Shown here one piece after another: positions 46,455 to 57,688 of a stretch of 64,000 nt of DNA; the first letter of the stretch is position 1; each line of letters begins with the position of its first letter. The DNA comes from Candidatus Parcubacteria bacterium (lineage in GTDB: Bacteria; Patescibacteriota; Minisyncoccia; Phycocordibacterales; UBA5272), in the NCBI GenBank assembly GCA_039796775.1, contig JBDKJD010000001.1:5874-69873 (forward strand). Direction: 5' to 3'. The notes beneath the pieces are model-generated. The model ran no database searches and was not told where the DNA came from. It was given only the letters and a program-made list of their open reading frames with translations. The translations under genes and the position numbers were made by a program.

Positions 46455-47456
46455 CTAATTTGTCAACCCTACCTGCTCTCTTACTTGAGACATCGTAATC
46501 TGTGCTTTTGCTCGGGCTCTTTGCCCCCCTTCTTCAAGAATCGCAACGATTTGATCCTGATTATTCATTAAGTCGTCGAACTTTTCTTTCTTGCCTTCGC
46601 GCCACTTCATAATGGTTATGAGCAGATCTTCTTTTGCTTCTTTATATCCATACGAAACACCTTCTCTTTCTCCTGTCTGTTCAAACTTGACACGAAGTGC
46701 TACTTGGCCCGCTTCGTCTAGGAAGTGTTTATGAATATTAAAAATATTATTCTCATCTGCGTTCTTTTTGTCTTCTGGACGAGCAGAATCTGTGACGATT
46801 CCCATCACGGCTTTCTTCACCTCTTCATCTGAGCCAAAAAGTGATACAACATTCCCTTTGCTCTTACTCATCTTCGCACCATCTATCCCAGGAATAGTTG
46901 CAACAGAGTCGAGAATCATTTCTTTTGGAAGCTTGAACTGCTCTATGTTCAAAGCACGATTGTAGAACCCCGCGATATCACGCGCATACTCTACGTGCTG
47001 TTTCTGGTCTGCGCCTACTGGTACCACATCTGCCTGATACATAAGGATGTCCGCCGCCATAAGAACCGGGTAATCGAAGAGGCCGAGGTTAACTTCTTTG
47101 TCTTTCGCCTCATGGTCCTTAAATGCATGCGCGCGCATAAGGTATGGCATAGTCACCACATTGTTAAATATCCACGTGAGTTCTGTGTGCTCCGGAACTG
47201 ATGACTGACGGAAGAGTGTAGCCTTGGAGAGGTCGAGTCCGCATGCGATATATGCAGCCGCTATTTCAAGCGCGCTTTCACGGAGCGCCCGCTTATCCTT
47301 CACTGTAGTGAGAGCGTGATAATCAGCGATAAAAATATACGCCTCATAGTCACCACTATTTGCGAGGTCGATGTTTTGTTTCATTGCACCAAAGTAATTA
47401 CCAAAATGAAGCTTACCTGTTGCTTGAATTCCTGAAAGTAGAACTTTTTGTGACAT
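46455..47456 (-). CDS. trpS: Tryptophanyl-tRNA synthetase.
   Basis: GIQATGKLHFGNY (HIGH-type) and KMSKSKGN are present. Confidence 0.9.
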   Translation of the reverse strand: MSQKVLLSGIQATGKLHFGNYFGAMKQNIDLANSGDYEAYIFIADYHALTTVKDKRALRESALEIAAAYIACGLDLSKATLFRQSSVPEHTELTWIFNNVVTMPYLMRAHAFKDHEAKDKEVNLGLFDYPVLMAADILMYQADVVPVGADQKQHVEYARDIAGFYNRALNIEQFKLPKEMILDSVATIPGIDGAKMSKSKGNVVSLFGSDEEVKKAVMGIVTDSARPEDKKNADENNIFNIHKHFLDEAGQVALRVKFEQTGEREGVSYGYKEAKEDLLITIMKWREGKKEKFDDLMNNQDQIVAILEEGGQRARAKAQITMSQVREQVGLTN

Positions 47457-47458
47457 AG

Positions 47459-48190
47459 TTATTTTTTAAAATTCGCAAAGCCTTGTAATATTTCAGTTGG
47501 GATTGCCCACACTGTATTATTGCTCGACTTCTCAATAGTCTGAAGTGTGCGCATAGCGAGACCTCCATTAGTATCAGCTAATAACTTAGCTGCTTCTGCC
47601 AGCTTCTTTGACGCTTCGAGCTCACCATCTGCACGAATAATAACCGCGCGACGCTCTCGTTCACTTTCTGCTTGCTTGGCCATGATACGCTTCATGTCTT
47701 CAGGAAGCTCGATATCTTGTAACTTGATAGCAGTGATGTTGATACCCCACTCCTCTGTTGTCTTGTCTACTATTTCTTTTATTTTGTTAGCTATCACCTC
47801 TCTCTCAGAAAGTACATGATCAAGCTCGAAGTTACCAACAACATCACACAACGCCACCTGAGAAAAGTCAGCGACCGCTATTGGATAATCTTGAATATTG
47901 AGTATCGCTTTTTCTGCGTTCTCAATTTGATAATAGACTACTGCATTGATGTTAAGCGGGACATTGTCCTTTGTGATAACTTCCTGCTGAGGGATATCAA
48001 CAGTTCTGATACGCATATCTACTTTTGTCATCACTTGTATTCCTGGGAATATCCATGTGAGCCCCGCACTTCGCATAGAGGTGAACTTACCTAAGGTAAG
48101 CACTATAGCTTTTTCATATTGATCAACAACACGAAGACCTATAATCGTGAGAATAAAGAGAACACCAATAAAAGGTAATAATAGTTCCAT
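47459..48190 (-). CDS. SPFH/band-7 (stomatin-like) membrane protein.
   Basis: An N-terminal transmembrane segment is followed by an SPFH domain and a coiled-coil C terminus. Confidence 0.8.
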   Translation of the reverse strand: MELLLPFIGVLFILTIIGLRVVDQYEKAIVLTLGKFTSMRSAGLTWIFPGIQVMTKVDMRIRTVDIPQQEVITKDNVPLNINAVVYYQIENAEKAILNIQDYPIAVADFSQVALCDVVGNFELDHVLSEREVIANKIKEIVDKTTEEWGINITAIKLQDIELPEDMKRIMAKQAESERERRAVIIRADGELEASKKLAEAAKLLADTNGGLAMRTLQTIEKSSNNTVWAIPTEILQGFANFKK

Positions 48191-48241
48191 ATAGTTCTAT
48201 TCTACCACATACTATCTATTATTTATGAGGCACATTAAATA

Positions 48242-49657
48242 TTACTTTGAAGACTCATTGTGTATATTTTTATCTATAAAATAGCCAGCACACGACCCGA
48301 TAATAATAGCTATAAATGACGCGCAGAAGCCGATAAGTGTCGGAGGGATATCGGTCCCTACTCTTTCTGCCATCTGCCAAAATGTAATACCAGATATCAC
48401 GGAGAAGAATGCTCCGAACGGATTGACCCATTTGGTATATAGCCCAAAGACAAGCGGGATGAAACCAGCAACAAGAGTCACACTATATGCACTACTCACT
48501 AATTCGTAGATTCTTGCATTATCTTTAAGAGCAAGAGTGGTGCCGACGGCTGCAACTACTATGACAGCTATGCGAATAATTCTAAGACGAAGTATGTCAT
48601 TAATATTCTTATAAAACGGCTTAACGATATTCTCAGCAAGAAGAGTACCTGGAGCTAAAAGAGCACCAGATGCAGTCGAAACAATGGCAGAAATAAGCGC
48701 ACCGAAGAAAAGAACTTGTAATACAACCGGGGTATGCTCTTGTATTGTTCTAAGAAGAAGATTCTCTAAATCTGTCGCTGCTAATTCTGGATATAAGATA
48801 CGCGCAGAAGCCACAATAGTAATAGGGAGCATCACAATTGCAAAATATACAAACCCTCCAACAATAGACGCCCACATAGATACTGTAGCGCTCTTGGCAC
48901 TCATGGCGCGCTGATAGACATCTTGTTGAGGAATACTTCCAAATGCGGCCGTCATAAGCGCTGTGATGAATACTAACCACTCAGTAAGATTCCCTGATGT
49001 CCCAGGAGAAAATGTAAAAAATGTGTCCGGTGTGCCTTGAATGAGAGTCGAGAATCCACCCACTTCTCCAACCAAAAAGAAAGCAATGACAGAGAGACCA
49101 ATAATAATAACTAGCGACTGCAAGGTATCAAGTGTTGCGATCGAATACATTCCTCCAAAGTATGTATAGACAACCACAAGCGCAGCTGCGATAAGAATAG
49201 CAAGCGGAAGACTAATACTAGCGAACAGAGTCGAGATAACTATCCCAAGCGCCAAGAATTGCGCAGCCACCCATCCAAAGTAACTAACGATGATGACAAG
49301 CGATAAGAATACAGCGATGAGGGTGTTATACCTATGCTTGAAGTAATCCCCTATGGTTAAGAAATTCAGTCCGTATAACTTTCGATTAAAGAAAATACCA
49401 ATAATGATAAGGCAGAGCGCGAATCCAAATGGATCCTCGACAATATTCGAGAACCCCCCTTCTGCAAATCTTGCGGATGTCCCCAATATCGACTCACTAC
49501 CAAACCAAGTCGCAAACACCGTGGCAAGCGCCATATAAAACGGAAGTGAACGGCCCGCCAAGACATAATCAGTTGAATTCTTTACTTTACGCGCAGCGTA
49601 TAACCCAACTGCGAGCATGATAACAGCATACAAAACAATAGAAATAGTAAGTAGCAT
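48242..49657 (-). CDS. Sodium:solute symporter family transporter.
   Basis: About 13 transmembrane segments are predicted from the hydrophobicity, with an SSS-like N-terminal region. Confidence 0.75.
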   Translation of the reverse strand: MLLTISIVLYAVIMLAVGLYAARKVKNSTDYVLAGRSLPFYMALATVFATWFGSESILGTSARFAEGGFSNIVEDPFGFALCLIIIGIFFNRKLYGLNFLTIGDYFKHRYNTLIAVFLSLVIIVSYFGWVAAQFLALGIVISTLFASISLPLAILIAAALVVVYTYFGGMYSIATLDTLQSLVIIIGLSVIAFFLVGEVGGFSTLIQGTPDTFFTFSPGTSGNLTEWLVFITALMTAAFGSIPQQDVYQRAMSAKSATVSMWASIVGGFVYFAIVMLPITIVASARILYPELAATDLENLLLRTIQEHTPVVLQVLFFGALISAIVSTASGALLAPGTLLAENIVKPFYKNINDILRLRIIRIAVIVVAAVGTTLALKDNARIYELVSSAYSVTLVAGFIPLVFGLYTKWVNPFGAFFSVISGITFWQMAERVGTDIPPTLIGFCASFIAIIIGSCAGYFIDKNIHNESSK

Positions 49658-49757
49658 ACTTTCTTAATTACCTATAAATAACCGTATTCTACTCTTTTGT
49701 ATGAAAAAGAAAAGCGCGACCTTCGGTCGCGCTTTTGTTATCTGTGTTAGTTTTTCT

Positions 49758-50299
49758 TTACTGATTACCTGTCTGAACCTTAAATCCTTTTTGTTCTTTA
49801 TTGTACTGATCTAGTCTGTGCTCAGCTTCTTCTAATGACCAACCGGTCAATTCACGAAGAGAATTCTTCAAAAAGAGCCTCTTTATAAAATTTGATGATT
49901 TTATTTTACTAAGTATATTCCGCAATACAACGAACTCACCATCTTCTTGACGTGCCATAGCTCTTAAATGATCGTTTGACATTCCAAAATATTCACCTGT
50001 AACAAAAAGAGAATTATACTTATTAGGGTCTGGAGTAACCCACTCTTTAAGAAAATCTAACTTTTTAACCCCTCTACTTGCATATCTGGGTTTATGGTGC
50101 TAGGGTTGAGTTTATCTAAAAGCTTATTTCTGGCACTTTCATCAACCATTCGCTCACCATTCGCTACTAAAAACTTAGCATTTAAAACAGCTTGTTCCTT
50201 TTGGGTTAAAGGCGCATTATGACGTTCTGGCTTTTCAGGAGTATCTGTTGGTTTTGGAGCTTGATTAGCTTGATTTTGATCTATATTTTCCATATACAA
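49758..50299 (-). pseudogene. Single ~165-aa gene split by a frameshift at a C4/G4 run (~50069-50072). Function unknown.
   Basis: The upstream 80-aa ORF ends ..DMQVEGLKS*. The downstream ORF's frame is open upstream to 50099 and reads ..VKKLDFLKEWVTPDPNKYNSLFVTGEYFGMSNDHL.. with no start codon. Confidence 0.4.
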
Positions 50300-50427
50300 A
50301 AAAGTATATATATCAAAAGTAAAGCAAGTAATCGAGCAGAGAATAAAAAAACAGAAGTGAGGCTATTAACCTCACTTCTGTTTTTTTCTATACTCTTATA
50401 TTCTGGGGGGGTTATTCTAGGGCTTAG

Positions 50428-51507
50428 CTACATCCCTTCTTCCTTCAATCCCTCTACATACACTAACGCTTTTCTGGATAATTTCTTTGGCATAACGATA
50501 TGTAATCTAACAAGAACATCCCCTCTTCTCCCCTTCTCGTGGACATGTGGGACACCTCGTCCTTTCACTCGCATCACCTCTCCATGAGTTGCTCCTGGGG
50601 TGATATCTATATCAATTGGTCCATCTAGTCCATCAACTGAATGCTTCACACCAAGTAGAGCGTCTGTTAATTTAATATCATGATTAATAACGAGATCATT
50701 TCCTTCTCTCTTCCAGATTTTATGAGGGATGACATTCACTTTGACATACAAGTCTCCTGTTGTTCCTCCTTGTACAGCTTCCCCCATACCCCCCATACGC
50801 ATCATTTCTCCATTTGATATTCCAGCCGGAATAGAGATATTAATCTCCTCTCGTTTATTCAAGACTCCAGCACCTCGACAATCGTGACACTTCTCTTCTG
50901 GAACTTGACCCTGACCATGACAAGCGTTACAGGTACGAACTGTTTGGAAATTACCCATAAATGTTCGCTTCACATCTCTCACCTTTCCTTGACCATTACA
51001 AGTGGTACATGTTTTTTTCTTTGTTCCTGGCTTAGCACCATCACCCTTACATGAAGAACATGTGGCTACTTTTGAAATGAGTACATTTCTTTCTGTTCCA
51101 AATACCGCTTCAGTAAAAGGTACATCAAGCTCAAGAGAAATATCTCTTCCTCTCTTTTGTTTTGACCCTCCGAAGCCACCTCCGAACATGTCACCAAAAA
51201 TATCTCCAAGATCTCCGAAATCGAATTGCATATCAGAGAAGTCACCTTGATTAAAGCCTCCGAAACCACCGAACCCTCCACCTTGAGGGCCTGCGCCGTT
51301 GAATGTCTGACCATACATGTCATATTCCTTTCTCTTCTTTTCATCAGAGAGTACTTGATATGCTTCATTCACTTCTTTGAACTTTGCTTCATCTCCACCT
51401 TTTTTGTCAGGGTGGTACTTTGAAGCAAGCTTATAAAAAGCTTTTTTGATATCATCTTTTGAAGCTGATTTCTCTACTCCGAGCACATTGTAATAGTCTT
51501 TTGACAT
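50428..51507 (-). CDS. dnaJ: Chaperone DnaJ.
   Basis: A J domain (YHPDK), a G/F region and four CxxCxGxG zinc-finger repeats are present. Confidence 0.9.
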   Translation of the reverse strand: MSKDYYNVLGVEKSASKDDIKKAFYKLASKYHPDKKGGDEAKFKEVNEAYQVLSDEKKRKEYDMYGQTFNGAGPQGGGFGGFGGFNQGDFSDMQFDFGDLGDIFGDMFGGGFGGSKQKRGRDISLELDVPFTEAVFGTERNVLISKVATCSSCKGDGAKPGTKKKTCTTCNGQGKVRDVKRTFMGNFQTVRTCNACHGQGQVPEEKCHDCRGAGVLNKREEINISIPAGISNGEMMRMGGMGEAVQGGTTGDLYVKVNVIPHKIWKREGNDLVINHDIKLTDALLGVKHSVDGLDGPIDIDITPGATHGEVMRVKGRGVPHVHEKGRRGDVLVRLHIVMPKKLSRKALVYVEGLKEEGM

Positions 51508-51537
51508 AGATAATAGCTTATTCTAACACAGATATTA

Positions 51538-53427
51538 TTATTTTGTTTCGCCTGTAGTCCCGTCAGTCTTTGTCTCTGTATTCTCTGTATTCTGCGCTCC
51601 ATCCTCTGTCGTTTTTGCGTTATCGTTAGAAGTCTTCATTGCTTCACCAATCTTCATCATCGCATCAGACAATGCAAGGGACGATTGCTTGATAGCATCT
51701 TTATTGTCTCCATTACGAGATTCTCTTAGCGCTTTAATTTTATCTTCAACATCTTTTTTGATGTCGTCACCAATCTTCCCATCTGCATCACGTAATGCTT
51801 TCTCTGCGGTATGAATAAGCGCGTCTGCCATATTCTTCTCTTCTGCTAATTCTTTCTTCTTTTGATCTTCATCGGCGTGTGCTTCTGCATCTTGTTGCAT
51901 ACGCTTAATATCTTCATCAGATAAACCAGAAGATGCTTCTATACGAATAGATTGTTCTTTTCCTGACGTTTTGTCTTTTGCTTTTACATTCAAGATACCG
52001 TTAGCGTCAACATCAAAGGTTACTTCTACTTGTGGAATACCACGTGGGGCTGGCGGAATACCATCTAGAATAAAACGCCCGAGTGATTTGTTGTCGGCTG
52101 CCATTGGGCGCTCACCTTGAGTAATGTGAATCTCAACTGAGGTTTGATTATCTGCGGCTGTTGAGAAGACCTGAGACTTTGATGTTGGAATGGTTGTGTT
52201 TTTTTCAACTAACTTAGTCGCAACATTTCCCATAGTCTCAATTCCAAGCGAGAGAGGAATAACATCAAGAAGAAGCACATCCTTCACATCTCCCTGAAGA
52301 ACTCCAGCTTGTACAGCAGCACCGAGCGCCACTACTTCGTCTGGGTTGATAGAACGATTCGGCTCTTTCCCAAAGAGTGCCTTAACTGCTTCTACAATCA
52401 TCGGCATACGAGTCTGACCTCCAACCATAATTATTTCGTTGATCTCTTCTTTTTTAAATGGAGAGTTATTGAGCGCTCTATTAGTAATCTCAATTGATCT
52501 GTCTACGAATTCTTTTGCTATTGTTTCTAATTGGGCACGAGAAACTTTTAGCAAAAGATGCTTTGGTCCTGTTGCGTCTGAAGTGATAAACGGGAGATTA
52601 ATCTCCGTTTCAACTTGAGTTGATAATTCGTGCTTTGCTTTTTCTGCAGCTTCGTCTAGTCGCTGTAGCGCGAGAGGGTCAGTTGAAACATCTATTCCTG
52701 ATTCTTTTTTGTACTCATCTGCAATATGGCGCACGAACTTTTGATCAATATCACGACCTCCAAGATGAGAGTCGCCGTCTACTGACTTCACCTCAACAAC
52801 ACCATCCCCTACCTCAAGGATTGAAATATCAAATGTTCCTCCTCCGAAGTCATATACTGCAATTTTTTCATTCTTTTGTGAGTTGAAACCATACGCGAGA
52901 GCGGCTGCTGTTGGTTCTGGGATAATACGCTTCACATCAAGACCAGCGATTTTCCCGGCGTCGATTGTTGCCTGTCTTTGTGTATCATTAAAATAAGCAG
53001 GCACAGTAATAATAGCTTCTGTGATTTTTTCTCCAAGCTTAGACTCGACATCTGTCTTGATTTTTTGAAGAATCATAGCAGATACTTCTTCAGGACGATA
53101 ATCCTTACCACCCAAAGTTATAGACACTCCACCGTTATCGCTCTTCTTGATAGCATAAGCAACTTTTGGAATATCTGACTGCACTTCTTTGTCATCAAAG
53201 GAATGCCCCATGAAGCGCTTCACTCCATAGATAGTATCTTTTGGGTTAGTTACCGCTTGACGCTTAGCAACTTGCCCCACAGAACGCTCTCCGTTTTTGT
53301 TCACAGAAACTACAGACGGAGTAGTTCTATTACCTTCGATATTCTCAATAATTTTTGGTTGCCCAGCTTCAATAATTGCTACTGCTGAGTTTGTTGTTCC
53401 TAAATCGATTCCAATTATTTTTGACAT
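51538..53427 (-). CDS. dnaK: Chaperone DnaK (Hsp70).
   Basis: [10 protein letters not shown] and DLGGGTFD are present, with typical length. Confidence 0.95.
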   Translation of the reverse strand: MSKIIGIDLGTTNSAVAIIEAGQPKIIENIEGNRTTPSVVSVNKNGERSVGQVAKRQAVTNPKDTIYGVKRFMGHSFDDKEVQSDIPKVAYAIKKSDNGGVSITLGGKDYRPEEVSAMILQKIKTDVESKLGEKITEAIITVPAYFNDTQRQATIDAGKIAGLDVKRIIPEPTAAALAYGFNSQKNEKIAVYDFGGGTFDISILEVGDGVVEVKSVDGDSHLGGRDIDQKFVRHIADEYKKESGIDVSTDPLALQRLDEAAEKAKHELSTQVETEINLPFITSDATGPKHLLLKVSRAQLETIAKEFVDRSIEITNRALNNSPFKKEEINEIIMVGGQTRMPMIVEAVKALFGKEPNRSINPDEVVALGAAVQAGVLQGDVKDVLLLDVIPLSLGIETMGNVATKLVEKNTTIPTSKSQVFSTAADNQTSVEIHITQGERPMAADNKSLGRFILDGIPPAPRGIPQVEVTFDVDANGILNVKAKDKTSGKEQSIRIEASSGLSDEDIKRMQQDAEAHADEDQKKKELAEEKNMADALIHTAEKALRDADGKIGDDIKKDVEDKIKALRESRNGDNKDAIKQSSLALSDAMMKIGEAMKTSNDNAKTTEDGAQNTENTETKTDGTTGETK

Positions 53428-53469
53428 AAGATATATAATTATAAATAGCTAATAGTTTATTATGAGTTA

Positions 53470-54060
53470 TTACTTTTCTATCACACCTACATGGACACGA
53501 GCTGGTCTCAAAATGTAATCATGTAACTTATAACCACTTTGAAGGACTTTTACAACTGTGTCATTTAATTGTTCGTCAGTGACTTTTATTGATTCAAGAG
53601 TCTCATGAAGAAGCGGATCAAAAGCATCTCCAACATTTCCGTAACGTGTTACATTTTCTTTTTCAAGAACAGAGAGTAGCTGTCCGAAAATATATTCGAT
53701 TCCTATCCTCCAATTAGCATCCACTGCCTCCCACGCCTGTGTATTATTCCTTGCCCCGTCGTACGCATCGAGTACTGGAATAATATCTTCTATAAATCTT
53801 CTTGTGGCGTATTTTCTATCATCTGCACGCTTTTCTTCTACTTCTTTTTTGAAGTTAATATAGTCAGCTTTTGTACGCTGCGAAAGATCCAAGTATTCCT
53901 GTTTCTCTTTCTCAAGAAGTTTTATTTTTTGGCGTAACTTTTTGACAGTGTCACGTATATCGACTTCTCCTTCTTCGTTTGTTTCCTCAAAGGTTATTTC
54001 TTCATTTGTCTCCTCCTTTACCTCACTTTCTTTATATTCATCATTCATAAGAGTTTTCAA
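53470..54060 (-). CDS. grpE: Nucleotide exchange factor GrpE.
   Basis: An acidic N terminus, a coiled coil and a C-terminal GrpE domain are present. It is the first gene of grpE-dnaK-dnaJ. Confidence 0.85.
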   Translation of the reverse strand: MKTLMNDEYKESEVKEETNEEITFEETNEEGEVDIRDTVKKLRQKIKLLEKEKQEYLDLSQRTKADYINFKKEVEEKRADDRKYATRRFIEDIIPVLDAYDGARNNTQAWEAVDANWRIGIEYIFGQLLSVLEKENVTRYGNVGDAFDPLLHETLESIKVTDEQLNDTVVKVLQSGYKLHDYILRPARVHVGVIEK

Positions 54061-54230
54061 ACAAATATTACAATTTTCAATAATCTAAACAATTTCATGA
54101 CATTCCTGATTTCTTTCGTGTCGGTCTTTCTATCGTTACTGGTGTATATAGTTTTATAATCCAAGTCACGCTTCCTGTCAAGCGGTACTGGTGTTTCTTT
54201 TATACGCGATTTATTTTTAACTTTTTTAAG

Positions 54231-54257
54231 AAACAAAAAAACTGCACATACTGTGCA
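54231..54257 (-). terminator. Terminator after rpsI.
   Basis: On the minus strand ttgcaca-gta-tgtgcag is followed by a T run. Confidence 0.4.
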
Positions 54258-54272
54258 ATTTTGATGTTTGAA

Positions 54273-54677
54273 TTAACGCTTAGACCAGGTTGGAGCTTTG
54301 CGAGCCTTCTTGAGCCCGAACTTCTTACGTTCGACTTGACGAGGGTCACGCTTAAGGAATCCAAGTTTCTTAAGAGCTATTTTGACATTCTCATCTTTGA
54401 TAACGAGAGTTCTTGAGAGTCCATGACGTACAGCTTCTGCTTGCGCATGAATACCGCCACCTAACACTTTAACAGTTACTGTGAACTTCTCGCCAATATC
54501 TGACTTTGAAATAGCTTCTTGAGCAATCGCTTGGAGATCAGCTGTTGGGAAGTATTCTTTAACGTCTTTATCGTTGACGATAAAGCTGCCTTTTGTTGCA
54601 GGAGTTATTCTCACTCTGGCGATTGCAGTCTTGCGACGACCTACGGCTTCAATATAACGGTTCTTTGTTTCTGACAT
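54273..54677 (-). CDS. rpsI: 30S ribosomal protein S9.
   Basis: GGGIHAQAEAVRHGLSR and a C-terminal basic tail are present. Confidence 0.9.
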   Translation of the reverse strand: MSETKNRYIEAVGRRKTAIARVRITPATKGSFIVNDKDVKEYFPTADLQAIAQEAISKSDIGEKFTVTVKVLGGGIHAQAEAVRHGLSRTLVIKDENVKIALKKLGFLKRDPRQVERKKFGLKKARKAPTWSKR

Positions 54678-54686
54678 ACTCTTTTA

Positions 54687-55034
54687 TTAATCTTTAATAA
54701 TCAAATTCTTAAGACGAATATCCTGAAGTTTATTCTTAGGAAGCATCCCCTTAACTGCGTGTATAATAATTTCAGAATACCCCTTCTTGGCAACAACGTG
54801 CTTAAGCGGTTGTTCTTTTAGACCACCTGGATAACCAGAATAAGACTTGTGAACACTTTCGCTCATCTTATTGCCTGTCACTTTTACTTTGTTGGCATTC
54901 TCTACAGTAACAGTAACTTTTTCAACTGCATTTTTGACAAAGGTAACACTATCTTTTCCATTCAAAAGAGCAGCGACCTCTGATGCGAGTCTTCCGAGAG
55001 ATTTTCCTGTTGCGTCAATTACGTGATTTTTCAT
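54687..55034 (-). CDS. rplM: 50S ribosomal protein L13.
   Basis: It starts MKNHVIDATGKSLGRLASEVAALLNGK. The start was taken at the internal ATG to avoid overlap with rplQ. Confidence 0.85.
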   Translation of the reverse strand: MKNHVIDATGKSLGRLASEVAALLNGKDSVTFVKNAVEKVTVTVENANKVKVTGNKMSESVHKSYSGYPGGLKEQPLKHVVAKKGYSEIIIHAVKGMLPKNKLQDIRLKNLIIKD

Positions 55035-55053
55035 ATAAAAGTTTTGAAATAAA

Positions 55054-55407
55054 TTACACAAATTCAATAATAGCTTTCTTGGCACCATCAGAAAGACGGC
55101 GTTCTAATTTCAAAATTCTTACATATCCTCCTTCTACTTCCTTGAACTTAGGAGCGTACTCCTTAAATAGCTTAGAAACCTCATTTTCTTGATTAAGGAG
55201 ACGAGACATTATAAGACGACGACGTGCCACTGTGTCTTCTTTTGAGAGTGTTACAAGCTTCTCAACGAGAGGTCTAATTTCTTTCGCTCTTGCTTCGGTT
55301 GTTTCAATACTTCCGTGACGGATAAGGTTAATAAGAAGGCTCTTAATAAAAGCTTTTCTTTCATTTTTTTCTCGTCCGAACTTTCTTTGTGCTTTATGGT
55401 GTTTCAT
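55054..55407 (-). CDS. rplQ: 50S ribosomal protein L17.
   Basis: The N terminus MKHHKAQRKFGREKNERKAFIKSLLINLIRHGSIETTEARAKE matches L17. Confidence 0.9.
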   Translation of the reverse strand: MKHHKAQRKFGREKNERKAFIKSLLINLIRHGSIETTEARAKEIRPLVEKLVTLSKEDTVARRRLIMSRLLNQENEVSKLFKEYAPKFKEVEGGYVRILKLERRLSDGAKKAIIEFV

Positions 55408-55433
55408 ATCTTTACTAACTTTTTAACTAATAA

Positions 55434-56402
55434 CTACGCTTTAAGCGAAAGCCCTAAATCACTCAACGCCTTTTTAATTTCTTGTACACCTTTTTCTCCT
55501 AACCCGTCAAGAGCTAGTAGGTCATCTTCATTCTTACGAGCAAGACCTCCTGATGTTCTGATAGAAGCAGAAACAAGTGCGTTCTCGGTGCGGGTAGAAA
55601 GACCCATGTCTTCGATCTTTACTTTAGTAGCAGCATTCTCATCATCTTCAACTTTTTGATTCCCTGCTTCTGCGTCATCTTTTACTGACTGAGGAACTTC
55701 AATGACAGTTTCTCTAAAACCTACAATTGATTGAAGTTGTGTAATCATTGTATGAATGGAAGACTCAAGAGCTTGATGAGGGCTGATTGTACCGTCAGTT
55801 TCAATGGTCACACGAAGTCTATTGTGATCTGTTCTGTCTCCAACACGCATGTTCTCTACTTCATATGAAGCACGACGAATAGGTGTAAATGAAGCGTCGA
55901 GGAAAATAGTACCGATATCAGCCTTCTCCTTCTGAAGAACTTCACGAGAGATATATCCTAATCCTTTTTCTACAGTGATTTCAATAGCAATATCTATATC
56001 TTTTGTTGTTGATTCACAGATATATTGATCAGCATTCATCACTTCGAGCTGAGAAGGAAGAGAGATATCTTTGGCTGTTATTTTTTTAGCTCCCTTGATA
56101 TGTAGTGTTGCTTTTTGTGCATCGTCTCCGTGTAGCTTGAATCTTGTCTTCTTAAGATTGAGAATAATCGCAATCACATCTTCTTTTACACCGTCGATAG
56201 CCGAAAATTCATGTTTTACTCCATCAATAGAAAGAGCTGTAATAGCTGATCCCGGAATAGAAGAAAGGATGATACGTCTAAGTGAATTACCTAGAGTGTG
56301 ACCGTATCCTGGATAAAGACCGTCTATCTCATAGATACCTGTAGTAGCATCTTCTTTTATGATTTTTGGTTTTGAAGGCAAAATAATAGAGTTTGAAGAC
56401 AT
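55434..56402 (-). CDS. rpoA: DNA-directed RNA polymerase alpha subunit.
   Basis: The N-terminal domain with the TLGNSLRRILLSS-like motif and the C-terminal domain are present. Confidence 0.9.
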   Translation of the reverse strand: MSSNSIILPSKPKIIKEDATTGIYEIDGLYPGYGHTLGNSLRRIILSSIPGSAITALSIDGVKHEFSAIDGVKEDVIAIILNLKKTRFKLHGDDAQKATLHIKGAKKITAKDISLPSQLEVMNADQYICESTTKDIDIAIEITVEKGLGYISREVLQKEKADIGTIFLDASFTPIRRASYEVENMRVGDRTDHNRLRVTIETDGTISPHQALESSIHTMITQLQSIVGFRETVIEVPQSVKDDAEAGNQKVEDDENAATKVKIEDMGLSTRTENALVSASIRTSGGLARKNEDDLLALDGLGEKGVQEIKKALSDLGLSLKA

Positions 56403-56585
56403 AGAAAAATTGAATTAGCTAAACAATAGTAATAGATATACTTTAACGTTATTACCTTTATAGGGTGAGGAGTGCGCACTTTGCAGTTACAACAAAGTTG
56501 TATTATTCTAACTCACAATTAAAGATTTTGCAAGGGTTCTACAGTGGAAAAGGTATATAAAATACCATTTCTAAAGTAATTAAGA

Positions 56586-57206
56586 TTAACGAGAGTAGTA
56601 TTCCAATACTTTTTGAGTATCAAACACAGGCTCTACTTCTCTAGGAGCTTCTTTCATTTCTACAGCAAGAGCTTTAGGGTTAACTGTGAAAGTGTAATTA
56701 GGTGACATCTTTTCTAATGTTTCCGCCAACGAAGTGAAAAGCTTTGATATCTTACTACCCTCACGGACAGCAATAATATCTCCCATCTTCACTTGATATG
56801 AAGGAATGTTTAGACGACGTCCATTAACAGTGATATGCCCGTGGGACACAATTTGACGAGCAAGAGCTCTTGAATTAGCGAATCCAGAACGATACACCAT
56901 GTTATCAAGACGAGCCTCTAAATTGCGGTACAACTTAAGAGATGGAGTAATAGCACCCTCACCTGTCTCCCTCATAAGAATCGCATTCTTAACATAAGAA
57001 GAGAATTGCTTCTCGTTGAGACCATATGTATGGCGCATCTTCTGCTTAGCGCGAAGCTGCTCACCGTATTCAGAAACTCCAGAACGATGTTTACGTTCGC
57101 TATCTAGCTTACCTGGAGCGTAAGGACGCTTGATGTAGGCACATTTAGCACGTCCGCAAACGTTCTCACCAAGTCTTCTACAAATTTTACAACTAATTCT
57201 TGACAT
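56586..57206 (-). CDS. rpsD: 30S ribosomal protein S4.
   Basis: The N terminus MSRISCKICRRLGENVCGRAKC, with a zinc ribbon, matches S4. Confidence 0.9.
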   Translation of the reverse strand: MSRISCKICRRLGENVCGRAKCAYIKRPYAPGKLDSERKHRSGVSEYGEQLRAKQKMRHTYGLNEKQFSSYVKNAILMRETGEGAITPSLKLYRNLEARLDNMVYRSGFANSRALARQIVSHGHITVNGRRLNIPSYQVKMGDIIAVREGSKISKLFTSLAETLEKMSPNYTFTVNPKALAVEMKEAPREVEPVFDTQKVLEYYSR

Positions 57207-57226
57207 ATTTTTATTTAAATTAAAGC

Positions 57227-57661
57227 TTATACGTGACGAGGCTTTGGAGGCTTAGGTCCATTATGAGGAACTGGCGTCTTGTCCAAAATAGCTGAAATCT
57301 CTACACCAAAAGCTGAGAAGCTTCTGATAGCTGACTCTCTACCGGACCCAACTCCTTTCACGATAACGTTCACTTCCTTCACTCCGATCTGTTGAGCTTT
57401 TTCTCCAATGAGTTCTCCTATCTTGGAAGCAGCAAAAGGTGTCCCCTTCTTAGCGCCCTTAAATCCAAGCGCGCCGGATGATGACCATGCCAAAACATTA
57501 CCAGTCTTATCACTAAGAGTGAGTCTTGTGTTGTTATAAGAAGACTCAACATAAAGAGTCCCTTCTACAATCTTCTTCTTAACAGCACGAGCTAAAGAGC
57601 GAGCTTTTAGAGCACTATCTATTCCTGAACTGTTCTTTTTTACGATACGTTTCTTTCCCAT
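57227..57661 (-). CDS. rpsK: 30S ribosomal protein S11.
   Basis: The length and sequence fit S11 (..TGNVLAWSSSGALGFKGAKKGTPFAA..). Confidence 0.9.
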   Translation of the reverse strand: MGKKRIVKKNSSGIDSALKARSLARAVKKKIVEGTLYVESSYNNTRLTLSDKTGNVLAWSSSGALGFKGAKKGTPFAASKIGELIGEKAQQIGVKEVNVIVKGVGSGRESAIRSFSAFGVEISAILDKTPVPHNGPKPPKPRHV

Positions 57662-57688
57662 AAGAGTAATTGATATTAAATTTTAATT

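Noticed and set aside
44232-47456. T-box or other leader riboswitches upstream of aspS, trpS, gltX, proS and alaS.
   Set aside because: The upstream spacers are too short or contain only terminators. No AGGGUGGNACCGCG-type T-box sequence was seen.
53470-54270. CIRCE (HrcA operator TTAGCACTC-N9-GAGTGCTAA) upstream of grpE-dnaK-dnaJ.
   Set aside because: The motif was searched for by eye in 54061-54270 and not found. Only a terminator hairpin for rpsI is present.
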